The notes below the pieces were generated by a model. That model was given only the letters and a program-made list of their open reading frames with translations. It was not told the DNA's origin and ran no database searches. From an uncultured Flavobacterium sp. (lineage in GTDB: Bacteria > Bacteroidota > Bacteroidia > Flavobacteriales > Flavobacteriaceae): a DNA stretch of 64,000 nucleotides. This document shows, in pieces, positions 27,291-37,639 of the stretch. The stretch is from positions 167-64,166 of the forward strand of contig CANRKI010000001.1 of the NCBI GenBank assembly GCA_947631175.1. Reading direction: 5' to 3'. Position numbers and translations under genes: made by a program. The stretch's first letter is position 1. Each line of letters begins with the position of its first letter.

Positions 27291-29702
27291 TTAAACCTTC
27301 CTTTTTAATATCTTACGAACTTTATCAACAATCGATTCAGTAATAGCAGCATTACTATCATCTTTATATTCATAGCTATAATATTTGTATCGATAATACG
27401 AGTCTTTTGCATTAACATCATTTACCACAACACACATATTTTTAAGCTTATTTTCCTGATATAAAGAGTAAGGCAAATGCAACATATCTTTATCTAAATA
27501 ATTCGCTCTAACAATATAAATAAAAGCATCTGCATAATCTGCCACTAATTGCGTATCGGCAACTAGATGCATCGGTGAACTATCTACAATAATCATGTCG
27601 AATTTTTGTCTAAGCTCATCAAACATTTGCTTTACTTTATTATTTAAAAGTAACTCGGCTGGATTGGGCGGAATAGGTCCAGAAGGCAGTACATAAAAAT
27701 TATCATACTCCTGAACCTTTTGTACAAACTCATCAATATTTGCTTCTTTAGAAGTTAAATAATTTGTAACTCCAAAGTTTTTAGTCGCAATATAACGGTG
27801 TATTTTAGGATTACGAATATCTAAACCAACCAAAACAATTTTTTGACCTGTAAGTGCCATGTTGGCTGCAATGTTAGTTGACACAAAAGTCTTTCCTTCT
27901 TTAGGTAAACTTGAGGTAACAAACAAAACTTGACCTAAACCATCTTGCTTAATAGGTAAAACAAAAGATAAGTTAGAACGCATGATTCGGATTGCCTCGG
28001 CTATAATAGATGAATTTTCTACAATTTCGAGGCTGTTTCCTTCATTCGAAGGGATTTCACCAACAATAGGAATTGGCAATAAATTCTCGACATCACGACG
28101 CGTTTTTACTTTATTATCCATCATTTTCACCACATAAAGTACGCCTAATGGCAAGGCAAACCCAATAAATAAAGCTCCAATATAAAATACACCTTTATTG
28201 GGTGTTGTAGGAACTTTATCAGAACTTGCAATATCAATCACTTTTGCATTTGGAGATGTTATTGCTAATGATATAGCGGTTTCTTCGCGTTTTTGTAATA
28301 AATAAAGATATAATTGTTCTTTAATATTTTGCTGACGCCCTAACTTTTTTGTATTACGCTCTAGCGTTGGTACTTGATCAATTTTAGAGCTGTAAATGTT
28401 GTTTTGTACCGTTAATCCTTTACGTTGGTGTTGGTAATTAGATCGAAGTTGTACTAAACTTTGGGCAATTGTATTGTGTAGTTCATCCAACTTTTCTTCA
28501 ACCTGTTTTACTTTTATGTTTTTAGGTCCAGCATCAACTAAAAAACGTTTTCTTTCGAGGGCTAATTGATTGTACTCGACTATTAAAGAACTTGTATTGG
28601 TGTTTAAAGAAATGATATTTTCGGGCAAAATATTGTAATCTTTGTTATTGATTACATAATCTTGCATCGACTCAATAATTTTAATTTGAGTTTCAATTTC
28701 TAATTCTTTTACTTGAAAATTGTTTGCCCCTGTGGCATATAGATATGCTTCGTTTTCAAGATTAGTGATGTGATTATTGCGTTTAAAAGTTTCGGTTTGT
28801 TTTTCAACATCATCTAATTCTTCAGCAATAATATTAATACGTTCTTGAATGAATTTAGAGGTATTTTCGAACACCATATTTTTATCGAACACAACATCTT
28901 GATTGTAAACGTAAATTAGAGTGTTTAAAAAATCTTCGGATTTAGATTTTAATGTTCCAACAAAACTCAATTCAATTGTATTGGTATTTTTGTTGGGTTT
29001 TATAACTTTTAATCGATTTAAATAATTATCAACCGTATTTTCGACAGGAAAATGAGAGACCGAAATTTCGTACGGCGAGGTGATGTAATCTATATAATTT
29101 TTAGTTTTAGTGAACACAATTTCACCTTGAGGTACTTTTACTATTTCTCCAAAAGTAAACTTACCTATTGACTCCCCCGAACTGCTATATAATTGATATT
29201 TTAAATGATCAATTCCTTTAATATTAAAACTAAAAGCAACTTTTCCGTTTTGATATTCTTTAGAAAAATGATGAATACTTAAATCAAAAGGTCTGGTTTC
29301 GTATATTTCTTTATTCTTTAATTTTCCTTGAATAATGTAAGTAACATTTAATCCTAACTTATTAATTGTGTTTCTGATAATGCTTCTAGATCGAATAACT
29401 TCCATTTCATTATCCAGATTTACATTTAAATTTGATAAAGTTCCTAAGTCTGAAAATACAGCCATAGAAGGATCTGTGACACCATTTCGTTGGTTGTCTT
29501 TTATCATGATTGTTGCGTGGGATCTATACTCCGGAATGGTATATCTGAGATATAAATATGCCGAAAATACTGCTAGGATTACACCTAATAACACCCATTT
29601 CCAATGAATTAGAAAGTAATACAATAAATCCTTTACTTCTGTAAAAGTAGAGTATTTAAAAGTTGTGGATGTATGGGAAGTTCTTGGATTTTCGTCTTGC
29701 AT
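27291..29702 (-). CDS. wzc: Wzc-like polysaccharide co-polymerase / BY-kinase (second copy)
   Basis: Two TM segments flanking a coiled-coil periplasmic region, Walker A SSLPKEGKT, DLDIR-like and IIVDS motifs, and a C-terminal Tyr cluster. Confidence 0.9.
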   Translation of the reverse strand: MQDENPRTSHTSTTFKYSTFTEVKDLLYYFLIHWKWVLLGVILAVFSAYLYLRYTIPEYRSHATIMIKDNQRNGVTDPSMAVFSDLGTLSNLNVNLDNEMEVIRSRSIIRNTINKLGLNVTYIIQGKLKNKEIYETRPFDLSIHHFSKEYQNGKVAFSFNIKGIDHLKYQLYSSSGESIGKFTFGEIVKVPQGEIVFTKTKNYIDYITSPYEISVSHFPVENTVDNYLNRLKVIKPNKNTNTIELSFVGTLKSKSEDFLNTLIYVYNQDVVFDKNMVFENTSKFIQERINIIAEELDDVEKQTETFKRNNHITNLENEAYLYATGANNFQVKELEIETQIKIIESMQDYVINNKDYNILPENIISLNTNTSSLIVEYNQLALERKRFLVDAGPKNIKVKQVEEKLDELHNTIAQSLVQLRSNYQHQRKGLTVQNNIYSSKIDQVPTLERNTKKLGRQQNIKEQLYLYLLQKREETAISLAITSPNAKVIDIASSDKVPTTPNKGVFYIGALFIGFALPLGVLYVVKMMDNKVKTRRDVENLLPIPIVGEIPSNEGNSLEIVENSSIIAEAIRIMRSNLSFVLPIKQDGLGQVLFVTSSLPKEGKTFVSTNIAANMALTGQKIVLVGLDIRNPKIHRYIATKNFGVTNYLTSKEANIDEFVQKVQEYDNFYVLPSGPIPPNPAELLLNNKVKQMFDELRQKFDMIIVDSSPMHLVADTQLVADYADAFIYIVRANYLDKDMLHLPYSLYQENKLKNMCVVVNDVNAKDSYYRYKYYSYEYKDDSNAAITESIVDKVRKILKRKV

Positions 29703-29704
29703 TT

Positions 29705-30466
29705 TTATCGGGTAATAATTACAATCGTACTAATTAATAATGAAATTATAGAAAGCGTTGAAGACACACTAGGCCCAAATTTTGAACTGTTTAATTTTAC
29801 TTTGTTAGGTTCTACATAAACCACATCGTTTTGCTTTAAGTAATAATAAGGAGAGTTCATGATATTATTGTCGGTAATATCAACAATCTCAATTTCAGTT
29901 TTACCTTCTACCTCTCTAATAACTTTAATGTTTTGTCTTTTGCCGTATTGTGTTAAATCTCCAGCGGTTGCAATAGCATCAAAAATAGTAACACGTTCGC
30001 TATTTATAGAAAAAGATCCTGGGCGATTAACTTCTCCTAAAACAGAATATTTGTAATTTGCTATTCGGATAATTACGCTTGGATTTTTAATATAATCTTT
30101 TAAAACTTCTTTTAAATGGTTTACCGCCTCCACTCTGGTTAAGCCACCTAGTTTAACAGGGCCAAGCTTAGGCATTTCTACAAAACCTTCGGTATTTACT
30201 AAATACGTCATTAATAAAGTTCCAGATTCGCCGCTTCCGCTAACACTATTAGAGCTAATGTTGTATCTGCGTAAGTTGTATGGTTCTGAAATTTCTGGAT
30301 TATCCGAAGAGATTACAATTTGTAAAATATCGTCTGCTTTAATAACCGGTTCCACAAAAGACATTTCACTGCTTTTTGTTTCGTTATTAACCAAATATAC
30401 CATTTTTTCGCGTGATGCACACGAGGCAAAAAAAATCGCAATTAATAGTACTACTAATTTTTTCAT
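29705..30466 (-). CDS. wza: Wza-like polysaccharide export lipoprotein (second copy)
   Basis: Lipobox FASC, Poly_export and SLBB-like motifs (VLGEVNRPG, DAIATAGDLT). Confidence 0.88.
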   Translation of the reverse strand: MKKLVVLLIAIFFASCASREKMVYLVNNETKSSEMSFVEPVIKADDILQIVISSDNPEISEPYNLRRYNISSNSVSGSGESGTLLMTYLVNTEGFVEMPKLGPVKLGGLTRVEAVNHLKEVLKDYIKNPSVIIRIANYKYSVLGEVNRPGSFSINSERVTIFDAIATAGDLTQYGKRQNIKVIREVEGKTEIEIVDITDNNIMNSPYYYLKQNDVVYVEPNKVKLNSSKFGPSVSSTLSIISLLISTIVIITR

Positions 30467-32373
30467 TAATTATTACAGTCTAGTTTAACGTATTTTGAAT
30501 TAAGGCTAATAAATTCTTGAACAATTACTTTAAGCTGATAAACCATTTTTTCGTTATTTAATGATTTAACTGCAACATCTAAATCTTGTAATTGTACATT
30601 TATTTTATCTAAATCATCTACCTCATCAATAGCAATAGTGATTTTACTGTTATATGTTTCGATTGATTTTTTAGTATCAACCAATAATTCTTCGTAAAGT
30701 TTTTCACCAGGTCTTAAACCAATAATTTCGGTTTTAATATCATTTTCAGGTTCTAAACCAGCCAGACGAATCATTTTGTGAGCTAAATCGATAATTCGAA
30801 CCGGTTCGCCCATATCAAACAAAAACACTTCGCCTCCTTTTCCCATAGCTGCCGCTTCGAGTACCAATTGGCAAGCTTCTGAAATGGTCATAAAGTAACG
30901 AATAATATCGGGATGTGTTATTGTAATAGGGCCACCTATGGCAATTTGTTTTTGAAATAAAGGAACTACCGAACCATTAGATCCTAAAACATTTCCAAAT
31001 CTTGTGGTAATAAATTTAGTAGTACTTTTATTTTTAGTTGATAAAGCTTGTACGTATTTTTCGGCAACGCGTTTACTCGCTCCCATTACACTACTTGGTC
31101 TAACCGCTTTATCGGTCGATATCATTACAAAACGATTTACGTTGTATTTTAAAGCTAGATCAGCCAAAATTTTAGTTCCAAAAACATTTGTTTTAATTGC
31201 TTGTTGTGGATTTTCTTCCATCAGCGGAACATGCTTAAAAGCTGCAGCATGATAGACTTGTTTTGGAGAATAAATTTTAAAAATATTTTCCATCACGTCG
31301 TGTTCTCGAATATCGGCAATAAGGGTAATTATTTCGATATCTTTTTGTTGCTCAAGCTCTAAGCGTAAATTGTGCAAAGCACTTTCGGCAAAATCAACAA
31401 GAACTAATTTTTCAGGTAAAAATTTCACAACTTGTCTGGCAATCTCACTTCCTATAGAACCGGCTGCACCTGTAATTAAAATAACTTCGTTTTTAATATT
31501 ACTCGAAATTGCTGATTTATCAAGGTTGATAGGATCTCGCTCCAATAAATCTGTAATTTCAAAATTACGTATTGATGCGGTTTCCTCAGCATCTTTAAGT
31601 TTATTTAAAGTACTAGCCGATAAAACTCGATAATTGTATTTTAAACAGTCCTCAACAATTTTGGCATTGTTTTTTTTATCCAATGTGTTTTCTGGAATGA
31701 TTAGCGTATTTGCTTTTAAATATCTAAGCATCACCGGCATGGGCTTGGATAAAAGTTTAACAGGAACGTTCATTAAAAAATTACCGCTTCTGTTTTGATA
31801 CAACGAGTGAGATACAAAACCAACGATTTTGTAGTTCGAATTTATATCTGCATTAATGGACTGAGCAACTCTAACCGAATCATTCTCAACTCCATAAATA
31901 ACAACTCTAAGTTTTTTATTTGTTTTTTTACTATCAATATAATATTCAAATATTTTTTTTACAACAATTCTGTAAATCAATAAACAAGCATACGAAAGTA
32001 CAGTACCATAAAATAAAATCAAGTTACTGAATGTAAACATACCAGTTACCTGAACATAGAAAATATTGAAGGTAAATAACACCGTAAACGAGATTGAAAA
32101 TGCTAAAAATAAATTTACGGCATCCTCAAAAGTTGAATGTCTAATAACCCCCGAATAGGTTTTATTAATAGTAAAAGATGCACCTACTACTAAAATATAT
32201 ACAAGAAATGATACAAAAGTTAGGAATGTAAAATTTGTTTTTACACCAACCAAGTAAAACATATAATATGTAAAAATAGTAGCGAGAGCCGATATTAATA
32301 TATCGATTATAAACACCAATTTGTTAGGTAAAAATCGGAGTCTATCTATTTTAAAAAAATCAATTATAAACAA
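30466..32373 (-). CDS. UDP-GlcNAc 4,6-dehydratase, CapD/PglF/WbpM family
   Basis: N-terminal TMs, ITGAAGSIG, HAAAFKHVP, ISTDKAV, MGASKR, RFGNVLGSNGSV and GLRPGEKLYEEL. TTG start. Confidence 0.9.
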   Translation of the reverse strand: MFIIDFFKIDRLRFLPNKLVFIIDILISALATIFTYYMFYLVGVKTNFTFLTFVSFLVYILVVGASFTINKTYSGVIRHSTFEDAVNLFLAFSISFTVLFTFNIFYVQVTGMFTFSNLILFYGTVLSYACLLIYRIVVKKIFEYYIDSKKTNKKLRVVIYGVENDSVRVAQSINADINSNYKIVGFVSHSLYQNRSGNFLMNVPVKLLSKPMPVMLRYLKANTLIIPENTLDKKNNAKIVEDCLKYNYRVLSASTLNKLKDAEETASIRNFEITDLLERDPINLDKSAISSNIKNEVILITGAAGSIGSEIARQVVKFLPEKLVLVDFAESALHNLRLELEQQKDIEIITLIADIREHDVMENIFKIYSPKQVYHAAAFKHVPLMEENPQQAIKTNVFGTKILADLALKYNVNRFVMISTDKAVRPSSVMGASKRVAEKYVQALSTKNKSTTKFITTRFGNVLGSNGSVVPLFQKQIAIGGPITITHPDIIRYFMTISEACQLVLEAAAMGKGGEVFLFDMGEPVRIIDLAHKMIRLAGLEPENDIKTEIIGLRPGEKLYEELLVDTKKSIETYNSKITIAIDEVDDLDKINVQLQDLDVAVKSLNNEKMVYQLKVIVQEFISLNSKYVKLDCNN

Positions 32374-32405
32374 GAGTAGGTTTTTTGAGTTAGGGCAATA
32401 TTGAT

Positions 32406-33539
32406 TTAATTTAAAAATTCGGTAATAACAGTAGCTATTCTTTCTCTATCTTCATTACTTAGATTTGAGCCTGAAGGAAGGCATAATCCTGATAAAAATA
32501 ATTTTTCGGCTACTTGTTCTCCGTAATATGGATACTTTTCAAAAACAGGTTGTAAGTGCATTGGTTTCCATAAAGGTCTTGATTCAATGTTTGCTTTTTC
32601 TAAAGCCAAACGTAAATCTTCTGCTGTTTTTCCTAATTTTTCTTGATCAACTACAATAGCAGTTAACCAATAATTTGAAAAAAAGTCAGTAGTAGGTTCA
32701 TTCTGAAAAGTGATTCCTTCAATATCTTTAAAAAGATTTCTGTAAAAAGAATTCATTTGTCTGCGCGCCTCAATATGCGAATCAAGTACTTTCATTTGTC
32801 CGCGACCAATACCTGCACAAATGTTGCTCATTCTATAATTGTATCCAATTTGCGAATGTTGATAATGTGGGGCATTATCGCGAGCTTGAGTTGCTAAAAA
32901 AATAGCTTTTTTAACCTCGTCGTTATTCGCTACAATAGCGCCACCTCCAGAGGTTGTTATTATTTTGTTTCCGTTAAAGGAAAGCGCAGCATAATCACCA
33001 AAAGTACCACATTTTATATTTTTGTATGTACTTCCTAAGGCTTCTGCGGCATCCTCGATTAAACAGATATTATATTTCTTACAAATTTCGATTATTTGAG
33101 TTGCTTTAAATGGCATCCCATAAAGATGAACGGCTATAACAGCTTTAGGAGTTTTACCTTTAGTAATACGATCCTGAATTGCTTGTTCTAATGCGATAGG
33201 ACAAATATTAAAAGTATCGGGTTCACTATCAACAAAAATTGGAATAGCTCCTTGATATACAATTGGATTAGCCGAGGCAGAAAAGGTAAGCGATTGGCAA
33301 ATTACCTCATCATCGTTTTTAACTCCAGCTAATATTAAAGCTAAGTGTAAGGCAGAAGTTCCTGAGGCTAAAGCGCCTACATTTTTATCATTTACATTTA
33401 AATATTGCTGTAAATCTTGTTCAAAACCAGTTACATTTGGACCAAGAGGTGCGATCCAATTTTGTGTAAATGCTTGATTGATATACGAAATTTCATCACC
33501 TCCCATATGGGGAGAAGATAACCAAATTTTAGTTTCCAT
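32406..33539 (-). CDS. DegT/DnrJ/EryC1/StrS sugar aminotransferase (PglE-like)
   Basis: SGTSALHLAL, EDAAEALG, SFNGNKIITTSGGG (PLP Lys) and GYNYRM. Confidence 0.9.
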   Translation of the reverse strand: METKIWLSSPHMGGDEISYINQAFTQNWIAPLGPNVTGFEQDLQQYLNVNDKNVGALASGTSALHLALILAGVKNDDEVICQSLTFSASANPIVYQGAIPIFVDSEPDTFNICPIALEQAIQDRITKGKTPKAVIAVHLYGMPFKATQIIEICKKYNICLIEDAAEALGSTYKNIKCGTFGDYAALSFNGNKIITTSGGGAIVANNDEVKKAIFLATQARDNAPHYQHSQIGYNYRMSNICAGIGRGQMKVLDSHIEARRQMNSFYRNLFKDIEGITFQNEPTTDFFSNYWLTAIVVDQEKLGKTAEDLRLALEKANIESRPLWKPMHLQPVFEKYPYYGEQVAEKLFLSGLCLPSGSNLSNEDRERIATVITEFLN

Positions 33540-34102
33540 TAAGTTAAATAGGTTATTAGGGTCTGAATTATAATACGAGTATCTTCTAACAAAGATTGAT
33601 TCTGTAAGTAAAGCAGATTCATTTTTACTTTATCAGGAAAAATAACCGTATCGTTATATAAGAGAGGATTTGATTGCTGTTTTAAAATTTCTTCTTCGTT
33701 TCTATATTTTATAGAAGCTCTAGAAGTTAGTCCGGGTTTTAACTTTAATAATTCGCGTTGGCTTCCTTGCAAATTATCATAATATCCTTCAATATCGGGT
33801 CTAGGACCAACAATACTCATCTCTCCTTTTAATATATTGAATAGCTGAGGTAATTCATCTATTTTATACTTACGCAAAGTAAAGCCAATTTTTGATATTT
33901 TGGAATGATTTTGATCACTCCATGTCATGGTTTTTAATTTAAAAATTTTAAAAATAACTCCATACTGCCCTACTCGATCCTGATAAAAAACACCAAAAGA
34001 CTTTGTATCATAACTTGCTAGTAAAAAGGCGAATACTAATAAAGGCCAAATTACGATGAGTATGGCAAAGGAAACTATTATATCAAAAACTCGTTTTTGC
34101 AA
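33539..34102 (-). CDS. Monotopic phosphoglycosyl transferase (PglC/WcaJ C-terminal family), copy B
   Basis: KRVFD, KLKTM, DELPQLFNILKGEMSIVGPRP and KPGLT. TTG start. Confidence 0.88.
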   Translation of the reverse strand: MQKRVFDIIVSFAILIVIWPLLVFAFLLASYDTKSFGVFYQDRVGQYGVIFKIFKLKTMTWSDQNHSKISKIGFTLRKYKIDELPQLFNILKGEMSIVGPRPDIEGYYDNLQGSQRELLKLKPGLTSRASIKYRNEEEILKQQSNPLLYNDTVIFPDKVKMNLLYLQNQSLLEDTRIIIQTLITYLT

Positions 34103-34105
34103 AAT

Positions 34106-34747
34106 TTATTTTATTAATGGTTTAGCAGGAACTCCTACTAACGTTGCTGCATTATTAATGGTATTTACTACCACAGCTCCAGCACCAACAATGGTTTGAG
34201 CGGCAATACTTACTTGATTTATAACGGTTGAACCAACACCTAAATACACGGATTCGTGTAAATAAACTTCGCCAGAAACGTTAACTCCAGGCATAAACGA
34301 TGTGTAAGAACTAACTATTGTGTCGTGACCTATGCTACAATGTGTATTGATAATTACAAAATCATGGATTTTAACATTACACGAAATAACAACTGCAGGA
34401 CAAATTATATTTCCTATTCCTAAGGTTGTTTCATCCACTTGTAAATCTACTGTTGGATGTACTAAGTTAGGAAAGCTTAAATTTTTATTTTCTACTAATT
34501 GCGCTACAAGCTTTTTTCGAATTAAAGGATTGGCAATTGCAATTGCCACGGCAACGGGTTTCGGATAGGCTTTTATCTGATCAAGTCCACCTAAAACTGG
34601 CACATTATTAATGGTTTGATTTGTTGTTTTACCATCATCAAAATAACCCAATAAGTTATATTCCTTATTTAGTTTATTGATCGCGTCAATAATTGTTTTT
34701 GTATCTCGACCAAAACCACCTGCACCGTAAATAACTATATCTTTCAT
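34106..34747 (-). CDS. Sugar N-acetyltransferase, PglD/NeuD family
   Basis: IYGAGGFG Rossmann motif, NLVHP, IGHD and hexapeptide repeats ending LVGVPAK. Confidence 0.88.
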   Translation of the reverse strand: MKDIVIYGAGGFGRDTKTIIDAINKLNKEYNLLGYFDDGKTTNQTINNVPVLGGLDQIKAYPKPVAVAIAIANPLIRKKLVAQLVENKNLSFPNLVHPTVDLQVDETTLGIGNIICPAVVISCNVKIHDFVIINTHCSIGHDTIVSSYTSFMPGVNVSGEVYLHESVYLGVGSTVINQVSIAAQTIVGAGAVVVNTINNAATLVGVPAKPLIK

Positions 34748-35353
34748 TTAATTATTACCATTAAAAAAATCAGTTGTCACCTGACCTTGTTTTGAAATTC
34801 CTTCGCGAACTATCACTTTTTTTACCGTTTGATATAGTATCTTAACATCAAAAGCAAATGAAATATTATTCACGTATACAACGTCAAAATCAAACTTTTG
34901 CTTCCAAGAAATTGCATTTCGTCCATTAACTTGCGCCCAACCTGTAATTCCGGGACGCACGTTGTGACGTTTTTTTTGTTCAGAATTATATAAAGGTAAA
35001 TATTGTACTAGTAAAGGTCGTGGACCAATTAAGCTCATATCACCTTTTAAAACATTTATTAATTGCGGTAGCTCATCTAGGGATGATTTACGAATAAAAC
35101 TCCCCATTTTTGTCATTCGTAAATCATCAGGTAATAAATTCCCTTGCTTGTCTGTTTTATCATTCATGGTTTTGAATTTGATAATTTTAAACAATTTTTC
35201 GTTTTTACCTGGTCGAATTTGATAAAAAAAAGGCGAACCATTATTCGCAATAGCTAATAAAATAACGGTAAGTAATAAGATTGGGCTACATATCAAAATT
35301 CCAATTAAAGATACAAAAAAATCTAGGACCCTTTTTAAGAAGTTATTATACAT
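34748..35353 (-). CDS. Monotopic phosphoglycosyl transferase (PglC-like), copy A
   Basis: [32 protein letters not shown] and [14 protein letters not shown]. Confidence 0.9.
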   Translation of the reverse strand: MYNNFLKRVLDFFVSLIGILICSPILLLTVILLAIANNGSPFFYQIRPGKNEKLFKIIKFKTMNDKTDKQGNLLPDDLRMTKMGSFIRKSSLDELPQLINVLKGDMSLIGPRPLLVQYLPLYNSEQKKRHNVRPGITGWAQVNGRNAISWKQKFDFDVVYVNNISFAFDVKILYQTVKKVIVREGISKQGQVTTDFFNGNN

Positions 35354-36503
35354 AGTTTTTACTTTTTTGGTATTCTTTCACAATTTCATTCCAAATATAC
35401 TTCTGTTCAAAACGTTGTACAATACTTATTCGAGAATTAGAAACCAAATCGTTGTAAAACTGTATATTACACAAAACATTTAACATTTCATTAAATAAAG
35501 GCTGAATTTGCTTTACTGGGATAATTATTCCATTTACGTTATTTCTTACAATTTCGTTACAACCGTTAATATCCGAAACAATAGCCGGAATTCCCATAGC
35601 ACCAGCTTGCATTACCACGTTTGGAAATCCTTCGCGATAACTCGGGAAAGTAAGCAAATGACTAATGGCCAAATATGGTCGCACATCAGCTTGATATCCT
35701 ACCGAAATGATGTTAGGATTGGATGTTATGCTTAAAGTTGTTTCGGGCAATAACGGATCCAAATCGTCCTCCAACGGCCCAACTAATAATAATTTAGCAT
35801 TTTTGTGCATACTAGTTACTTGATTAAATGCCTGAACAAGTTCATTAATTCCTTTATCAGAAACTAATCTGCCAACAAAAACAAAAACAAAATCCGAATC
35901 TAGAATCCCAAGCGCATCTTTAAGATCTGATTTTGTTTGTTCAGCAATTAAACTCGCATCAAAATAACTTGTATCAATTCCATTAGAACTTCCGTTTCCT
36001 AAAACTTTTAATTTATTAGCTTTCGTAAACTCTTCTTTCAAAATAAAATCGTACAAACCCATTGAGTTTGGATACACTTTAGTTGCACAACTATATGTAA
36101 GTTTTTCGACAAAATTAAGCACCTTTCGTTTTATGCCAGTTGCCTCCATAAGCGGCAAACCAGCAACGGTATGATAACGATTAGGAACACCTGCAATTTT
36201 AGCGGCTAACATTCCTATAATCCCAGCTTTAGGTGTGTGCGTGTGTACAATTAAAGGTTTTTGTTTGATAAAAAAAAGTATCATTTTAAACAACGAAATA
36301 CAATCCTTTAAAGGCGTAATTTTACGCGACATCTCGATACATTTATATTTTACCTGCTGTTGCTTAGCAATTTTTTGTAGATACGGAAGATCGGAAGAAA
36401 CGGCTGTAACTTCGAAAAACTGATTCATAAATTGCATTTGATTGGTAAGCAACTTATCTAAAGAAAGAGGAATTGTAGTGATTCGGATTAATTTTGGCTT
36501 CAT
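35346..36503 (-). CDS. GT4 glycosyltransferase (PglA/EpsD-like)
   Basis: [22 protein letters not shown] and [14 protein letters not shown]. Confidence 0.88.
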   Translation of the reverse strand: MKPKLIRITTIPLSLDKLLTNQMQFMNQFFEVTAVSSDLPYLQKIAKQQQVKYKCIEMSRKITPLKDCISLFKMILFFIKQKPLIVHTHTPKAGIIGMLAAKIAGVPNRYHTVAGLPLMEATGIKRKVLNFVEKLTYSCATKVYPNSMGLYDFILKEEFTKANKLKVLGNGSSNGIDTSYFDASLIAEQTKSDLKDALGILDSDFVFVFVGRLVSDKGINELVQAFNQVTSMHKNAKLLLVGPLEDDLDPLLPETTLSITSNPNIISVGYQADVRPYLAISHLLTFPSYREGFPNVVMQAGAMGIPAIVSDINGCNEIVRNNVNGIIIPVKQIQPLFNEMLNVLCNIQFYNDLVSNSRISIVQRFEQKYIWNEIVKEYQKSKNYV

Positions 36504-37639
36504 TTTATCTTTTTTGGATTATAAGAATTAGACCACAAAATGATTATAATTAAGGCAGGTAAAAACATATTACGCATGCGTAACATAATCCCTAAGTTAC
36601 TAAGGGTTTGCGAAAAAGCAAGTGTACCCAAAACTAAAAAAATAGCTAAAGCTTGAATTTGTAGCGGAGCTGCTTTTAAAGTTTTTAATGGTTTTTGCTT
36701 TAACGTTTTGATAAATAAAACGAGTAGAATTAAATTTTCGATTGAGGCTAAAAGCGCTGTTATATTATTTATATCAAAAAATAAAGGACGAAATAAAAAG
36801 GTAAAAACCTTTATTGGAAACGGATAAGAACTGATGTCAACACGAGATTCGGTATGGCTTCGGCTCAAATTTCCTGTTCGTTCGGATGTAAAAGAATCAA
36901 TATTTTCTGTGGATAAAGATTCAATATTTGAATATTCTAAAACCTTAGGTAAAATAGCAATTGCTGCTGCCAAAATAAGTGCCGATAAAAAAATTCGTTG
37001 TGCTTTACTAGCGTGTTTGCTAATTAAAAAGGACAATCCCATGGCCACAAAAACAAAAAGCGCAACGTGTGGACGAATTAAGTATAAAAACAAAAAGCCT
37101 ATGCTAGCCAAAGCTAAGCGTCTTTTTATATTTAAAAAACTATAAAAAATTAAACCTACAAAAAGAAAACTGGTCGAATCTTTTCCTACAGCTACGGACC
37201 AAAAGTGTAAATTCGGTAAAAAAAACAGAAAAGGGAATAGCTTTATCTTTCCTAAAAAACTATTTTTTGGTACCAGTTTAACCGTAAGTGCATAAAAGCA
37301 ACAAAGCCCAATAAAACCGTAAAGCGCATGTAAAATTGTACCTGCTAAATACGACATGCCTAAATAACTTGCCGGAAAATAATTAAATGAAAATATAAAA
37401 TACGTTCCTAGCTTGGTGGTTAGGTTTTCCGAAAAGGTTTCGTAATCCATTGCGGCTGCAACCTCCCAATAATAATTAGCATCTCCGGTAAAAAATTGCG
37501 CATAAACAAAGGCAAAAAGCAAATGATAACACCACAACCCTTTTAATATTTTACTATCGGATTGTCTCAAATCCTTTTTAAAAAAAGAAATCGAGAGAAA
37601 ACCGAAAAAAATAAAGAGAAGGATGTAAAAAAAATTCAT
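36500..37639 (-). CDS. Polytopic membrane protein, probable Wzy polymerase
   Basis: About 10 hydrophobic segments with a periplasmic loop. It lies among GTs in a Wzx/Wzc locus that has no other polymerase candidate. Confidence 0.6.
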   Translation of the reverse strand: MNFFYILLFIFFGFLSISFFKKDLRQSDSKILKGLWCYHLLFAFVYAQFFTGDANYYWEVAAAMDYETFSENLTTKLGTYFIFSFNYFPASYLGMSYLAGTILHALYGFIGLCCFYALTVKLVPKNSFLGKIKLFPFLFFLPNLHFWSVAVGKDSTSFLFVGLIFYSFLNIKRRLALASIGFLFLYLIRPHVALFVFVAMGLSFLISKHASKAQRIFLSALILAAAIAILPKVLEYSNIESLSTENIDSFTSERTGNLSRSHTESRVDISSYPFPIKVFTFLFRPLFFDINNITALLASIENLILLVLFIKTLKQKPLKTLKAAPLQIQALAIFLVLGTLAFSQTLSNLGIMLRMRNMFLPALIIIILWSNSYNPKKIK

